This document shows, in pieces, positions 12,108-25,200 of a stretch of 64,000 bases of DNA. A model generated the notes under the pieces. It was not told the origin of the DNA, did no database searches, and worked only from the letters and a program-made list of their open reading frames with translations. Origin of the DNA: Tubiluchus corallicola (Eukaryota > Animalia > Priapulida); NCBI GenBank assembly GCA_030141605.1, contig JAQGDQ010000836.1:25571-89570 (forward strand). Direction: 5' to 3'. The stretch's first letter is position 1, and each line of letters starts with the position of its first letter. The position numbers and the translations under genes are program-made.

Positions 12108-12664
12108 TTAAAGGAAGACCGGACGATTGTTTAGACTCGATCTCATTTTAATTTACTGTCCAACAATATACATTTTCTTGCCCATAAAAATTAACAATTG
12201 TTCCTTATATTTGAATAATTAGCTTAGAAAGTTAATTAACGGCAACCGAGCACAGCTATTGCTTACGTCAGAAACTAACTACAGTTTGTGCAATGGCAGG
12301 CGTCTTCCCTTGCGCATCAAGTACATTTGCATAAGTGTTACAGTACTGTTTAAACGCATGACGTCGAGAAAAATGGGCTTTACGTCATATCACGATAGTA
12401 ACTAACACTGCAGTTCATGATCATGCTTATCACGATACCGTCTTTTATTTGTCGGCCACGTGAACGTGACAAAAGGCGCCGCTGCCAATCTTAGTAGATT
12501 CACTGAGCCTTGCGCAGCTTTGAAAGTTTAGCGAAATTTGAGTATCCGAGGTAATTATTATTTAATGCAAGCTGTGAGTTAAAATAAGCTATTGTAGTTT
12601 TCAATATTTTAGAGCATTCTTTATTCTGAACTAATGTTTACACAATCATCCGGTTTTCCTTTAA
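12108..12664 (+). mobile_element. TTAA-flanked MITE family B (Kolobok-like)
   Basis: TTAA-AGGAAGACCGGACGATTG ... CAATCATCCGGTTTTCCT-TTAA; imperfect TIRs; six copies in the window. Confidence 0.85.
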
Positions 12665-12789
12665 AACGAGCCCAAAAATGAACAGCATTTATATTTATGT
12701 TCTCAAGAAACAAACAAAAATCTTCGCTCAAATTCAAAGTTTAATCTTTTGTTTCTGCACATTTTTGTACTTAAGAGCAAAACGCTTAC

Positions 12790-12885
12790 CTGATTGAAGT
12801 TCTTGATTGAACGTTGAAGATTTACCAGTTCAGTGATTGACACAGGTGATCATGTTAATTACTCGTACCTGGGCGAGCTTTTATA
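12790..12885 (-). promoter_or_regulatory. Putative TATA box and short non-coding first exon of the repeat-protein gene
   Basis: Minus-strand TATAAAA at 12885-12879; strong donor CAG|GTAAGC at 12790/12789. Confidence 0.5.
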
Positions 12886-13047
12886 CACCTCTGTCACGCG
12901 TCACGAGGGACGAAATTCCAGACCTCAGGTAAGTTTGGGTCATCTAAAACCCATTTAATGCAAGAATTCCAAAAGCGATAAAAATGTTCTTTCACGTGGA
13001 CGTGATTTATAAGAGTAACAAAACCGAAGTTCGGTGAAAATTATAAA

Positions 13048-13062
13048 CTCTCTGTCACTCTC

Positions 13063-13123
<61 letters not shown>

Positions 13124-13445
13124 ACTCTCTCTTTCACGCTCTCTCTTTCTCTTTCTCTCACTCTCTCTTGCTCTCTCTCTCTCACTCTCACTCTCTCTCT
13201 TTCTTTCATTCTCTCTCTCTTTCTCTCTCTTTCTCTCTCTCTCACTTTCTCTCTCTCCCACTTTCTCCTTCTCTCACTCTCTCTTTCTCTCTCTCTCTTA
13301 CTCTCTCTCTCTCTCACTTTCTCTTTCTCTCACTCTCTCTTTCTCTCTTTCTCTCTTACTCTCTCTCTCACTCTCTTTCTCTCACTCTCTCTCACTTTCT
13401 CTCTCTCTCTCGCTCTCTCTCTCTCGATATATATATATATATATA
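13048..13445. repeat. (CT)n/(TA)n microsatellite
   Basis: Read directly. Confidence 0.95.
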
Positions 13446-13449
13446 TTTA

Positions 13450-13750
13450 TTTATATTTATATTTTATATTTATGTATTAAAATAGTATAAAAGAAAGAAT
13501 CAGCAGGCGCAGGCGCACTTCTGCTCATCCCATAAAACATAAAATTATTCACAAAATTAAAATCTATAAAAACATATATCGAATACATCTCATTAAAAGG
13601 GTCCTAAAAATATAAACTGAATATGAATTATATGCTCTATACAACATGTTTTATACAATACTATGATATGGACAGAACCAATTAGGCCTACGAAAATCTT
13701 ACATGTTTCGGACAAAGTTTCAGCAACGCAGTAAATTAACGTTAGTTAAT
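13450..13750. repeat. Dispersed repeat (second copy ~26690-26990)
   Basis: Shared blocks aatcagcaggcgca(g/t)gcgcactt, atatgaattatatgct(c/a)tatacaaca, tacatgtttcgga, cagtaaattaac. Confidence 0.7.
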
Positions 13751-14357
13751 TGACAATAAGAACATTATAAAATGCTATTCGTAGAAGAGTTCAAGCACTA
13801 GTAGTTCAAAGTTGAGTGCACTTCTTGAAGAAAAATGACCGCGATGAACATCCTTGGTCGAAACGTAGTAGAGGACAAAAACCTCTTTTCTTAACTCATT
13901 TTGTGAGCTTATAATCAAACGAGTCTCGCGACATGCGAAATAGAGGCTGAGTTACCTTGAAGAGAATGCCGCATCATGTTGGCTTGCTGCTCCATGTGTT
14001 TAATCCATAGTGATAAATTTGTGATGTCAGGATCACATTGGGCTGTTGTGCAAAGTGATGACACCCGTGACACAGGAGTAAAGATACGTTGACTTTAAAA
14101 AAAGAAACAAAGAAGAAGAAAGGAGAAAGAAAGATGCAAAGAGAGAGAAAGAAAGGAAGAAAGAAAGAAAAAGAAAACAAGAAAAAAAAGAGAGAAAGAA
14201 AAAAGAAATAACAAGAGAAAAGCGTGCCTCCTTACTTTATTTTGACTTGAACATGCATGTAGAGTTTCTTAATATCCTGTCAGCAGGTATTTTGGCCGAA
14301 TTAAATAGTACATTAATTCCAATAGAGGACGTTAAAATTGCCACACTAGTTCCATGT

Positions 14358-14931
14358 TTAAAGGACAAGAAAAATGGGTACCTAAAGTAGGTTTCAGAAA
14401 AATCGCCTTAAAAACTTTAAAGCAATTTTACGCGTATATCTTACTCGCACTGAAAGGAATTTTAGTTTGTTTTCATTTTAGATCTCCCGCAATACTGTTC
14501 CGAAGTCGCCATTACATGACGTAATGTACCAAACGTAAGGCCATGTTAAATTATATCCCAAAAGACTTCCATCCAAATCTATGATACTTAGCATTTCGCT
14601 TACCCGCTGGAAAAACTCATGCAACTAGAAAAGAACATTTTTAATTATTTAAAATGTTTTCACGTATTGGTAAAATGTCGCTGACTCACCCTCCAAGGTG
14701 CACCACTCACTAACCAAAAAACGTATTTCTAATCTTATTGACAAGATAATGTCCTGTCGTCAAAATGGCTGCGTCTAACGGTCATCGCGGAAATTTAAAT
14801 TTACATATTTTGTACAGCGTGACTACGATTCAAGTTCTGTATGTAAAAAGACAGTACGTAAGACGTAAGACGTAAATTTCAAGACGAATTTTTTAATGTT
14901 TATGTTTATGGAGGGTTTTCTTGTGTTTTAA
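14358..14931 (+). mobile_element. Family A TTAA MITE, internally deleted
   Basis: TTAAAGGACAAGAAAAA ... GGGTTTTCTTGTGTTTTAA. Confidence 0.8.
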
Positions 14932-15544
14932 CAATCAAAGTTTTAATTTGTCACGAAATGGCATAATTAATTATTAATGCATCACAAAATTATCTCCTGT
15001 CCTTACATCCTTATACAGAAAATCTAGCAACAAAATCTCATCAAAAATCATAAATGCGCACGGCAATAAACCAATTTACTAATTTAGTTAAGTAAGGCAA
15101 TTATGTTCTATGTAATTACGTTATAACGTTGCATATAATAAAAAACTCAGTTATCTATAAGTGCAGTAACCCGTGGATGGTGGAATGCAAGAAATGGTAA
15201 TTATTTTTATTCACGTCATCCACTGACCTTCGGCTACGTGTTTTATTGTCATTCCAGAACGTTTGCGACACAGCACTGGTCACAGCACTGCTAGCCCTGA
15301 CCATTGACCTGAACTGACCAATTTCGTCAACGTCTTTGTTTACGTCAGGACCTGGTGACGCGTAGGCGGTAACAGGACGTTGACCGCTCGGAACTTCTAC
15401 TCTTTCCTAATTGGTCAAATGGTCATCTGTCTTCCAGAACTATGCGGAATTTAACTAGCTTCCTGTACACAGGCGTGCATTGCTTTTGCATTATAACACC
15501 ATTATATCACTTTTTTGTTGTAGTGTTTTATTTCATAATATTTT

Positions 15545-15895
15545 AACAAGAACAATAGCAGTAACAGCAACAACAACAGCAACAACAACAACAACAGAGA
15601 CAGTGACTGCGACAGCAGCATCGGCAACAATAACAGCAACTACAAAAACAGCGACAATGGCAGCAGCAGTAGTAAAAACAAAACAGCAGTGGCAGCAGCA
15701 ACAACAACAACAACAACAACAGCTGCAGCAGCAGCAGCAGCAACAGCAACAACAAGGACAGAGATAGTGACAGCGACAGCAGCAGCAGCATCGGCAAAAA
15801 CAAAAATAGCAGCAACTACAACAACAGCGACCCGGCAGCAGCATCGGCAAAAATAAAAACAGCAGCAACAACAACAACAGCAACAATAACAACAA

Positions 15896-15927
<32 letters not shown>

Positions 15928-15929
15928 GC

Positions 15930-15966
<37 letters not shown>

Positions 15967-16008
15967 GCAGCAGCAGCAGCAGCAGCAACAGCAACAGCAA
16001 CAACAACT

Positions 16009-16042
<34 letters not shown>

Positions 16043-16062
16043 CAACAGCAGCAACAACAACA
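15545..16062. repeat. (CAG/CAA)n trinucleotide low-complexity tract
   Basis: Read directly; produces spurious poly-Q/L/C ORFs. Confidence 0.9.
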
Positions 16063-17264
16063 CTGCTGTCTATAACTCTGATTGTCTATAATTTTGTTGC
16101 TACAGTTTTGCTGCCTGCAATATTGTAACCAACCTTGTTCACTCACCGCTTAGTCGGCACCAGTTTGTACCAAAGTGAAATTCAGGAGAAAGAATGAGTC
16201 GCATTTGATGCACGAATCTTATTTGTGGAAACCTACCTTGTTTCTGGAAATAATAAATTTAAAACTCAATAATACGAGCCAAGAGAAACGATTACCGCTT
16301 ATTCCGGATTGTATTCTAATATCCCACAGGTAAAATCACCGTTTTACAATCATACGCTTAGAAAATCCCGCCCTAATGTCGCACGTTCATAACTATACCA
16401 ACAGGTGTGTACGCTATGCGCGCGTAATGTACAGAAGAAAAAACCAAGTTTTGATTATGATTTAAACAAACTTTAAAGAATTTTAGGAATAAGGAGAAAA
16501 CCCTTCACAGCAGTCTGGTATTTCAATAATTAGGAATGCTTAAACAATTCATTCTTTTTTACGTTTCCATGTGTAAATAAGAAATCAAATTTAATGTTAA
16601 CAGCACAAAGAACTTTACGCAAATTCAAAACATTTTACGCAGGTAGAATATTGTGAAGATATTTTACAGTTTAGTAGTTGTCAGAAAATTAAGTATGGAG
16701 ATTTTATTAAACTATAAAAGAAAAAGGCAAATCGATTCCATGGCTAGAATCTGTCAAAACAACCTTCCTACATACGGAGTTCTTGCGTCCTTTAAATGTG
16801 ATATTTGAAATCTTTAGTTAAACTGCACAATCAATACCGTATTTTTCTTTTTACTTAATTAAATGTACACCCACTTAAAGCATTATTAGTACAAGAGTAT
16901 CATTTCAGATAATTGCTGTGTTGCTTATTCCATTTTATTATTTTTACTCGGTGTGATCAGAGTTGCGTGCATTCGTTAATTGCGTATAACACATTTTATA
17001 GCGATGCTTTCATTTAATTGTCTGTTATCATGGCGAAATTGGGCAAATTTGTATGATTAAGACGCATGATTGATATCATATACATAAGTGAAAAGTTATT
17101 ATACCCACGAACAGGTCAAGGCGGCGGGCAGATAGCTAAATAGGGGTGGAAAGGGTCAAACAGCGGTGTCGTGTATGGTTCAAATACATACATGTCAATA
17201 CACACGGTCAAATACATAATTAAAAAAATTAAAAGTGTAACGTGTGGCATAAATCTCTTGTACT

Positions 17265-17632
17265 TAACTAACTTTCAATTATGTTAAATTACACCACTGA
17301 GATAATTTGAGAAAGTTGTTTTAAATTTAACCACAAATTTTCATTTTTACCTTCTTTTTCTTCGTAGCTTTTGTAAAAGGACGCTTCCATATGAAAAGAA
17401 ATTCGAAACATTTGCTAAGTTTTTATACACCATAATATCTATATCTATAGTTAGATAGATATTATACTGTGTAGAAACTTAGCAAATGTTTCGAATGTCT
17501 TTTCATATGGAAGTGTCCTTTTACAAAAGCTACGTAGAAAAAGAAGGTAAAAGTGAAAATTTGGGATTAAATTTAAAACAACTTTCTCATATAATCTCAG
17601 CGGTGTAATTTAACATAATTGAAAGTTAATTA
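17265..17632. mobile_element. Long hairpin/foldback element abutting (TA)n(GATA)n
   Basis: ~180-bp arms are reverse complements (actttcaattatgttaaattacacc ... ggtgtaatttaacataattgaaagt) with a very short loop. Confidence 0.75.
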
Positions 17633-17665
17633 TATATATATATATATATATATATGATAGATAGG

Positions 17666-17732
<67 letters not shown>

Positions 17733-17733
17733 T

Positions 17734-17774
<41 letters not shown>

Positions 17775-17775
17775 G
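17631..17775. repeat. (TA)n + (GATA)n microsatellite
   Basis: Read directly. Confidence 0.95.
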
Positions 17776-18029
17776 TAAATATAGAAATAGAATCTGAGTA
17801 ATTTAGAATGAAGTTTTCAGATTGTAGTATATTAGCTAAATCTCAAACCGAAAACTATAAATTATTATCAGTTGATTGAACCTCAATTAGGAAGACGCTA
17901 ATTTAGTTACTTTTAAAGGCAAATGATTCACATAAGTGACTTTGTTAGCATAATTATAGAATATACAACTAATTGCTGTTTCATAAGTGTCGTATACTTC
18001 AGACCCGTTGCGCTTTGTGCGCTTTGTAT

Positions 18030-18265
18030 GGGGGATGCATGGCCAAGTGGTTACTTGGCTACTGATCGCATGTGGAGTTTCGAGTGATACAGTGATATAC
18101 AACTCCTTCACGACTCTCCGGTCCACCTTCCTGCTTGATAATTCAAAAGATACCTGGTTTTTGAGCACAATAATTGAGGAAAGAGAGGGTCCCCTACCCT
18201 CTGACAGAGCCAAAGACGGATGGTTACGACATCTATGTACGAAGCCTCGGCACTAGGACAACTCT
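18030..18265 (+). mobile_element. Degenerate tRNA-derived SINE candidate
   Basis: GGGGATGCATGGCCAAGTGGTT resembles a tRNA 5' end/A-box; degenerate B-box (GTTTCGAGT); single copy in the window. Confidence 0.4.
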
Positions 18266-19445
18266 CTAGACTTTCGATCGACTCGCCTTTCTTCAGTTAG
18301 CTGTCCTCCTTGTGTGCTGCAACACGAGAAACAGAGATTCAGCGATCTTGCAGAGCAAGCTGCATCGTGATGGTTTGGTGAAAAATTCGGCGCCTAGTGC
18401 CAGATATTGCTGATTCTTTAGGAAAACAAACGCATCTGAGATGCGCGGTCAACCACGTAGTGTTTCATTCTAGTAGCAGAAACTTTTTTCACACGTTCTA
18501 CGCTGTTTGACATTAATTTCATTCCACCTTTAAAGTTATTGAATGGAGAGCTTTTGAAACTAGTGGCCTTATGTCTGTCTTAAAGCAGCTCAACGATGCG
18601 CTTGGCCAGCAGATGGCGCTGGCTGTTTTGTACGTTATACCTCAATAAACGTGATTACAGCGCACTTCATTTCTACAGGTAGACCACGTTCTTCCGTATT
18701 TGCATTCTTGTGGTTTAAAGCAATAAAAACATTTATAATCTTATAAAAAACAGTACATAGAGCACAGTAGCAAGATTTATGCTCTGTTATTGTATTCATT
18801 AAACAACAAATAACTTTTCCTCAAGCTTCACATATCATAAGCACTATGAAATCTATATGCTTAGTCAATAAACAATCATTATAGACGAATAAATAAATAA
18901 GAAAATTTAACAACACTGCTACATAAATATACAAATTAAATAAATTTGATCAATAGGCCTGTCGTAACAATAATAACAACTTAATAAGATAAATATTATT
19001 TACACAATTGTCATAAAAATGGCGTGCCTGTTCAGTTGTCACTTAAAATGTACGAACAGTTATGAAAAATTCTGAAAGGTCACAGTTTTTTAAGCAGTTT
19101 GGCATTCAGTGAGTCTCAACCCTGCACTCTACGGTAGAGCCTACTGTTAACTACTAATACTCGTAATTGTGGCAGTACCAAAACCTCACTAAATATCAAT
19201 GAAAATTTTATTAGAAGAGGCGCTGAAACGGCAACGGTGTATTTCAAACCACGTTTGGAATGTGCAACGACAGAAATAGCTGCAGTCGGTATGACAGATA
19301 GGTACCCATTTACTTACTAACCACGACTGGCGGTGCTTAACTCTTGGAACACACTACGTCCTCAGCTGTACGAATATTACATTGAGTATTCTTATAAGTT
19401 AATTAATTAGAGCTAAACAAAAATACAGCAGATTGTATCTCACAC

Positions 19446-19996
19446 TTAAAGAAAAACCGGACGATTGTTTAGACTCAATCTCATTTTAATTTACTGTCCA
19501 AAATATACATTTTCTTGCCTATAAAAGTTAACAATTGTTCCTTATATTTGAATAATTAGCTTAGAAAGTTAATTAACGGCAACCGAACTCAGCTATTGCT
19601 TACGTCAGAAACTAGCCACAGTTTGTGCAATGGCAGGCGTCTTCCCTTGCGCGTCAAGCAGATTTGCGTAGGTGTTACAGTGCTGCTTAATGATGTCCCG
19701 AAAAATGGGGTTTACATCATATGACGTCAGAAACTAACACAGCAGTTCATGATTATGCTTATTAAGGTACCGCATTCTATTTGTCGGTCACGCGAATGTG
19801 ACAAAAAGGTGCCATTGCCAATCTTAGTACATCCACTGAGCCGCGCATAGCTTTGAAAGTTTAGCGAAATTTGAGTATCTGAGGTAATTATTATTTAATC
19901 TAAGCTTTGATTTAAAATAAGCTATCGTAGTTTTCAATATTTTAGAGCATTTTTATTCTGAACTAATGTTCACACAATCATCCGGTTTTCCTTTAA
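19446..19996 (+). mobile_element. MITE family B copy
   Basis: TTAA ends, same TIRs and body as 12108-12664. Confidence 0.85.
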
Positions 19997-20228
19997 TAAC
20001 CTCTGATATATTTTGCATAAAGAGTCGTAATACATAGCATAGAGGTGGAAATGATAAGCTCCAAATATCGGTTCAATTTGAACTATAAAAACGGTAAATT
20101 AAGATCGAGTTCAGTGCCTATTTGCAGATCATTTCACAAAGCTACAGCTTCACAAGAGTTTAGGCTTGTCCAACCCTGAGAGCTCCGGGATTATAAAAGT
20201 AAAAATATACTATAGAGGTGATGCTATG

Positions 20229-20389
20229 TTAAAAAGGCGCGTTTTTTATTATTTTTCTGTTCCTATAGCACATCAAAACGGTGACAACGACGGCGGCGAG
20301 GATGATGATAGACATGATAATGACGCCAGCCATAAAACCACCCTTACTGATGCAAAAACCCTCATTTGTCTCTGAATAGTTCCTGAAAT
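20229..20389 (-). CDS. ZP protein last exon: TM helix and short cytoplasmic tail
   Basis: FRNYSETNEGFCISKGGFMAGVIIMSIIILAAVVVTVLMCYRNRKIIKNAPF*; acceptor TTCTTCCAG. Confidence 0.88.
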
Positions 20390-22192
20390 CTGGAAGAAAA
20401 ATAATACCATGATAAAAGCAGATAAATCACAGAAGTCACACTTACTTATTTAGATAACGTTAAAGACAAGTAAAGGCCAGTGCACACAGATGTTGCAATT
20501 TAGTGACGGTAAGTGCGGTTCTTGCAGCGTGTGAAAGCTACCGGAACTGACTTGATTAAAGAATCAATGAATTAATAACCAATCAACAATCGTTTAGTGG
20601 TGATTTGGGAAAGAAGAGTGCTAAGGGAGTGAATGCTTCATAAGATTAAACTAAACATTTTGCTAATTAGATTATTTTTTACGTAATTTCATTTAGGCTA
20701 AGTTAACCTTAAAAAAGCATGGGACAAGAACACCTTGAATTACAGTACATAAACATCTTGAATAAAAGTATATAAACATGTTGAATTACGGTACGCAAAA
20801 CATCTTGAACTATAGTACATAAAACATCTTGAATTACAGTACATAAAACATCTTGAATTGCAGTACATAAAACATCTTGAATTACAGTACATAAAACATC
20901 TTGAATTGCAGTACATAAAACATCTTGAATTACAGTACATAAAACATCTTGTACCCGACGATTTTAAATACTATAACTTTGCATAATGAATGGGTTTGTT
21001 TGTGTGGAAACCTAGTTCTTATCACAAAAATGAAATATACGGTATATGTACGTGAACAAAGTTTGCACCACAACAACTAAATTATACTTGACGTTTCGAA
21101 TCTGCAACTTGGTTCATCATCAACTACAGTATTATGCCATGTTTCATTTTTGTGATTTGCATGACGAAGTCTCCACTAATGATACTTTTAATGATACTTA
21201 CACTTTTCTACATTAACCCTTTCGTCTCCAGGTATAAACACAGCCACATTACGGTATAACTCCATCTCTTCCGCTATGGTCACGTTTCTAAACTCCTCAG
21301 TTTCTCTTTTATACCTTTTATTTCCATCGCAAGAAGGCTAAACAAAAAAGTAAAAAATAAGAAAGATGGTAGTATAGCGTGCTTTTATAAAAGACAATAC
21401 TTTAAGGCAGAACAAAAGCTATGTCTTTATTACAAAAAAAGCTAGTCTATACGACACCGTAGGACTTAAAACTTACATTAACGCTTTTTAAGAAGCCTGA
21501 AAAACTAAAGTGGAGATTTCACAATATGGTTTGCAAGAAGATTATTCAAGTAACATCCAGGGATTATGTTAGAACTGAAATAACATGAATCATATAACAA
21601 CAAGATAACCTAATATCGTTTATAAACATTATCGGAACAAGGCTTCATAAAATAACGAAATGTCATCAAAGAAGTGAAATTACCTGGTAGCATTTATGCT
21701 GACAAAGTTGAATATTGCAAGTGAAATAGACGTTCTGTTTGTCTGGGAATTTGAAAGCTCGGAAGTGAGCAAAAGCAGCGGTTTGGTACTTCTCTATCGT
21801 CTGCTTTTGAGGATGTTGGATAATTTTTGGCACTAATGAGCAACCGTATTCGTCGAAGAGTACAACGTGATGCTTGCCGTATCCGTCGTGAGCTACGCAT
21901 GTGCTGACAAAGATGTCATAATTCGCTAAAAGAGAAAAGGAATTTTTTAAACAGCTGGTTAGAATAACTTAGTTTGTCATACTAGTAACACTTTGTGCTT
22001 TAAACAAAATTGTCAAAGAATAAGGCAAATAAGGTCTAACAAATTCATTTTGCAGTAAAAGAATTTGCCCGTCAGTGTGTTGCAACAAGAAGAGCAAAAG
22101 TGTTAATACCTTTAGATAGTGGCACACCAGCAGTAACGGTAGCAATGGCAACAGCAACAAGAGCATTAGCACTAGCATAACCGCAAAAGTTT

Positions 22193-22227
<35 letters not shown>

Positions 22228-25200
22228 CCAATAGCAGCAGTAGTAGTAGCTGCAGCAGTAGCAGTAGCAGTAGCAGCAGCAACAGCCGCTGCAGCATCAG
22301 CATCAGCATCAGCAACAGCAACAGCAGCAGCAGCAGTTGTACCAATAGCAGCAGTAATAGTAGCTGCAGCAGTAGCAGTAGCAGTAGCAGCAGCAGCAGC
22401 AACAGCCGCTGCAGCATCAGCATCAGCATCAGCAGCAGCATCAGCAGCAGCAGTTGTACCAATAGCAGCAGTAGTAGTAGCTGCAGCAGTAGCAGTAGCA
22501 GTAGCAGCAGCAGCAGTAGCATCAGCATCATCATCATCAGCAGCAGCAGCAGCAGCACTTGTTGTAGCAATAGCAGCAGTAGTAGTAGCTGTAGCAGCAG
22601 CAGTAGCAGTAGCAGCAGCAGCAGCAGTAGCATCATCAGCAGCAGTAGCAGCAGCAGCATCAGTAGCAGCAGCAGTAGCAGCATCAGCAGCTGCAGCATC
22701 AGCAGCAGCGCCAGCAGCAGCAGCAGCAGCAACAACCGCTGCAGCATCAGCATCAGCAACAGCAGCAGCAGTAGCAGCATCAGCAGCAGCACCACCACCA
22801 CCAGCAGCAGCATCAGCAACAGCCGCTGCAGCATCGGCATCAGCAGCAGCAGCAGCAATGCAGCATATAGCAGCGGGAGCAGTTATTAGCAACAGTAAGT
22901 TGACAATAAGCTATGGTAGTGACATCAGCTAATAGTAACAGCATTGGTAACCGCGACAATACATTGAAACGGTAGCTGTAACAGCATCACAGTAGGAGTT
23001 ACAGTAGCAAACAGCAGCAGTGGAGTTGGCAGTAGCAACAGTAGGAGCTGTTGCAGTATTACAGAAGCAGCTGCTTTGTGCTGCCACCTAGTGTAAAAAT
23101 TAATATCAAAACGATCTGTAGAGCGAGAGAACGCAACGTACTTGTCCCAGCTTTGCTCAGACATAGCACGCTTGAATCACTGCGAAAATTATCCCTCGAA
23201 GAAACAAACTGAAGATTGTACAACTAATACTTACTGTTGTCAGCTAAAATAATGACCAACGTCCCATAATCACCCACCAGCAGCCCGTTGGTATTTGGCG
23301 CCCTGATGTCTTTGCCAGCCACAACCTTGATTGAAACATCAGGTATAGGAATCTTGTAGACTGGTGCAGGAGTCGTCTGTAGCATTCTGAAATCAAACGC
23401 AAACGCAAACGTTACAGAGCATATAATCATATCCTACATACTTAGAATTCAATAAATAGTGAATATGAAATCAACTCGATAAAATCAAAATTAAATATAA
23501 TTCAATAATAATTCCAAAAAGGCTGTAAGAGCACAGACCACTGGCGAAAACACAAATTTGTCGAGTATCTCTCTAAACTACGGCCAAATCACGTTGAAAA
23601 CACCGGTGCTCGTCTGATCACCGAAGTTAAGCAACGTAGAGCCTGGTTAGTACTTGCATGGGTGACCGCCTAGGAATACCAGGTGCTGTAGCTTGCGGGA
23701 TGCCCACACTGTATCTGGACAGTAGGCGGAGGAGCTGCACAGGCAGCCAACGGCTAGAGGGCGGAGGAGGTCAAGTGACCCAACGGCCATGTGTAGAGGA
23801 GTAAACCTTCCAAATCAGGAGTGGAGCCCCGAAGGCGGACCAGTGCAGCATGCTCACTGACTCCGGCAGCTCCTGCAGCCAACCTGGTGCCAAATGTATC
23901 GCTCCGCTTTCCTTTGGACTACACCAGCGAGGAAGAGAGGGGTTCCTGTTGTCTGGGCCACTCAGGATCTCCATACGCCTTGCCCAGGCGTGCGCCCTGG
24001 AGACGTTCAAGGATCGCACTGCTCAGCCAAAGTCGACGCTGCTGCTCCATCAATGTGATCAATAACTGACTCTCTTGGCGCACATTCCATTGCCTTCCGA
24101 GACAGAAGGACGCCAACCATTTCTCTAAACTCAAAAAACGCGATTAAGAGAACCTCAGCTTATATTGCTTCTCTTCCTTGCTGTTAGAAGTCCACGCAAT
24201 ATGCTTGAGTATTACTATCACTGTTACAATGCTTGGGTCTCCTTCTATTAAAACTCTCATTGAAAATACTCACTGCGCAAAGATAAAACACTCAGAAAAA
24301 AAGCAACTTGCTGGCCATGATGAATTTTGAGATCAGTTCAATTTTAAACCAACACGAATATATTAATTATCGTATCTAGTGCATAAAATTTGTTCGAAGG
24401 TTGAAGGGTTTGACAAGAGTTTGAAGGGTTAACCAACCATTAGACAAAACGTATGACGTCTGTCGTCTGCAAGCGGCTTGCTAAGCAGTTACTTGAAGTC
24501 AGTATAGGAAATCTTTCACAATCATGTACGAGTTAAGAAGTTCATAAGATTGCCAGCATGGTTCTGCTGTTTCGTGAAGTTTTTTTGAAGTTTTTGTTAT
24601 TATCACACTCAGTACAATATAATGACGTGTAATACACGGTAACATCAAAAAATTGTTCCACATACTAATAAATTATTTTATTATGTAATTATTAAATGAT
24701 AATGTATCATACACTATCGTTATCATAAAAGAATATTTGTACTGCAGTGGGCTAGAGTAGCAAAGGCTTGTATAAGCCCACTGTCATGTGAACCAGATAA
24801 AAAAAGAATGGATGAGCGAACAAAAAAAGAACTGGGAGAAAGGTTAGATCACACAGGACCGGAAGAAGCATGTGTTAGTGGAAATAGTAGGAAGAAAGAT
24901 ACACTTACGGTACTGTGACCCCAGTATCCAAGCTCTTAGGTTTTGGGGATTCGAACTCGCACGCCACACTGTAGGCTCTGTCCCAAGCTTCTAGGATGGC
25001 CAGAGTTGATTCCATCATGACTATGATCACGTTCTGAAAACGCGTTTTCTTCACGTCACCGTATCCCTTTACCTGAAATTAAAATCAATGCATTATTGTC
25101 TTGACAAATGGTACGTAATTCAGAATTTACAATAAGAGTGCGCACTGCTGTGAAAAAGCATAAAAGCACAACATAAAGGCTGTCACGTTTATTACGTATT

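Noticed and set aside
15480-16146. Poly-Q/L/C ORFs
   Set aside because: CAG/CAA microsatellite artefacts.
21969-22892. 307-aa poly-Ala/Thr ORF and overlapping poly-Leu ORF
   Set aside because: Trinucleotide tract inside a ZP intron whose flanking exons join in phase without it.
23580-23694. Functional 5S rRNA gene
   Set aside because: No T-run terminator, substitutions relative to the second copy, and it is fused to a body bounded by TSDs; it is a SINE head.
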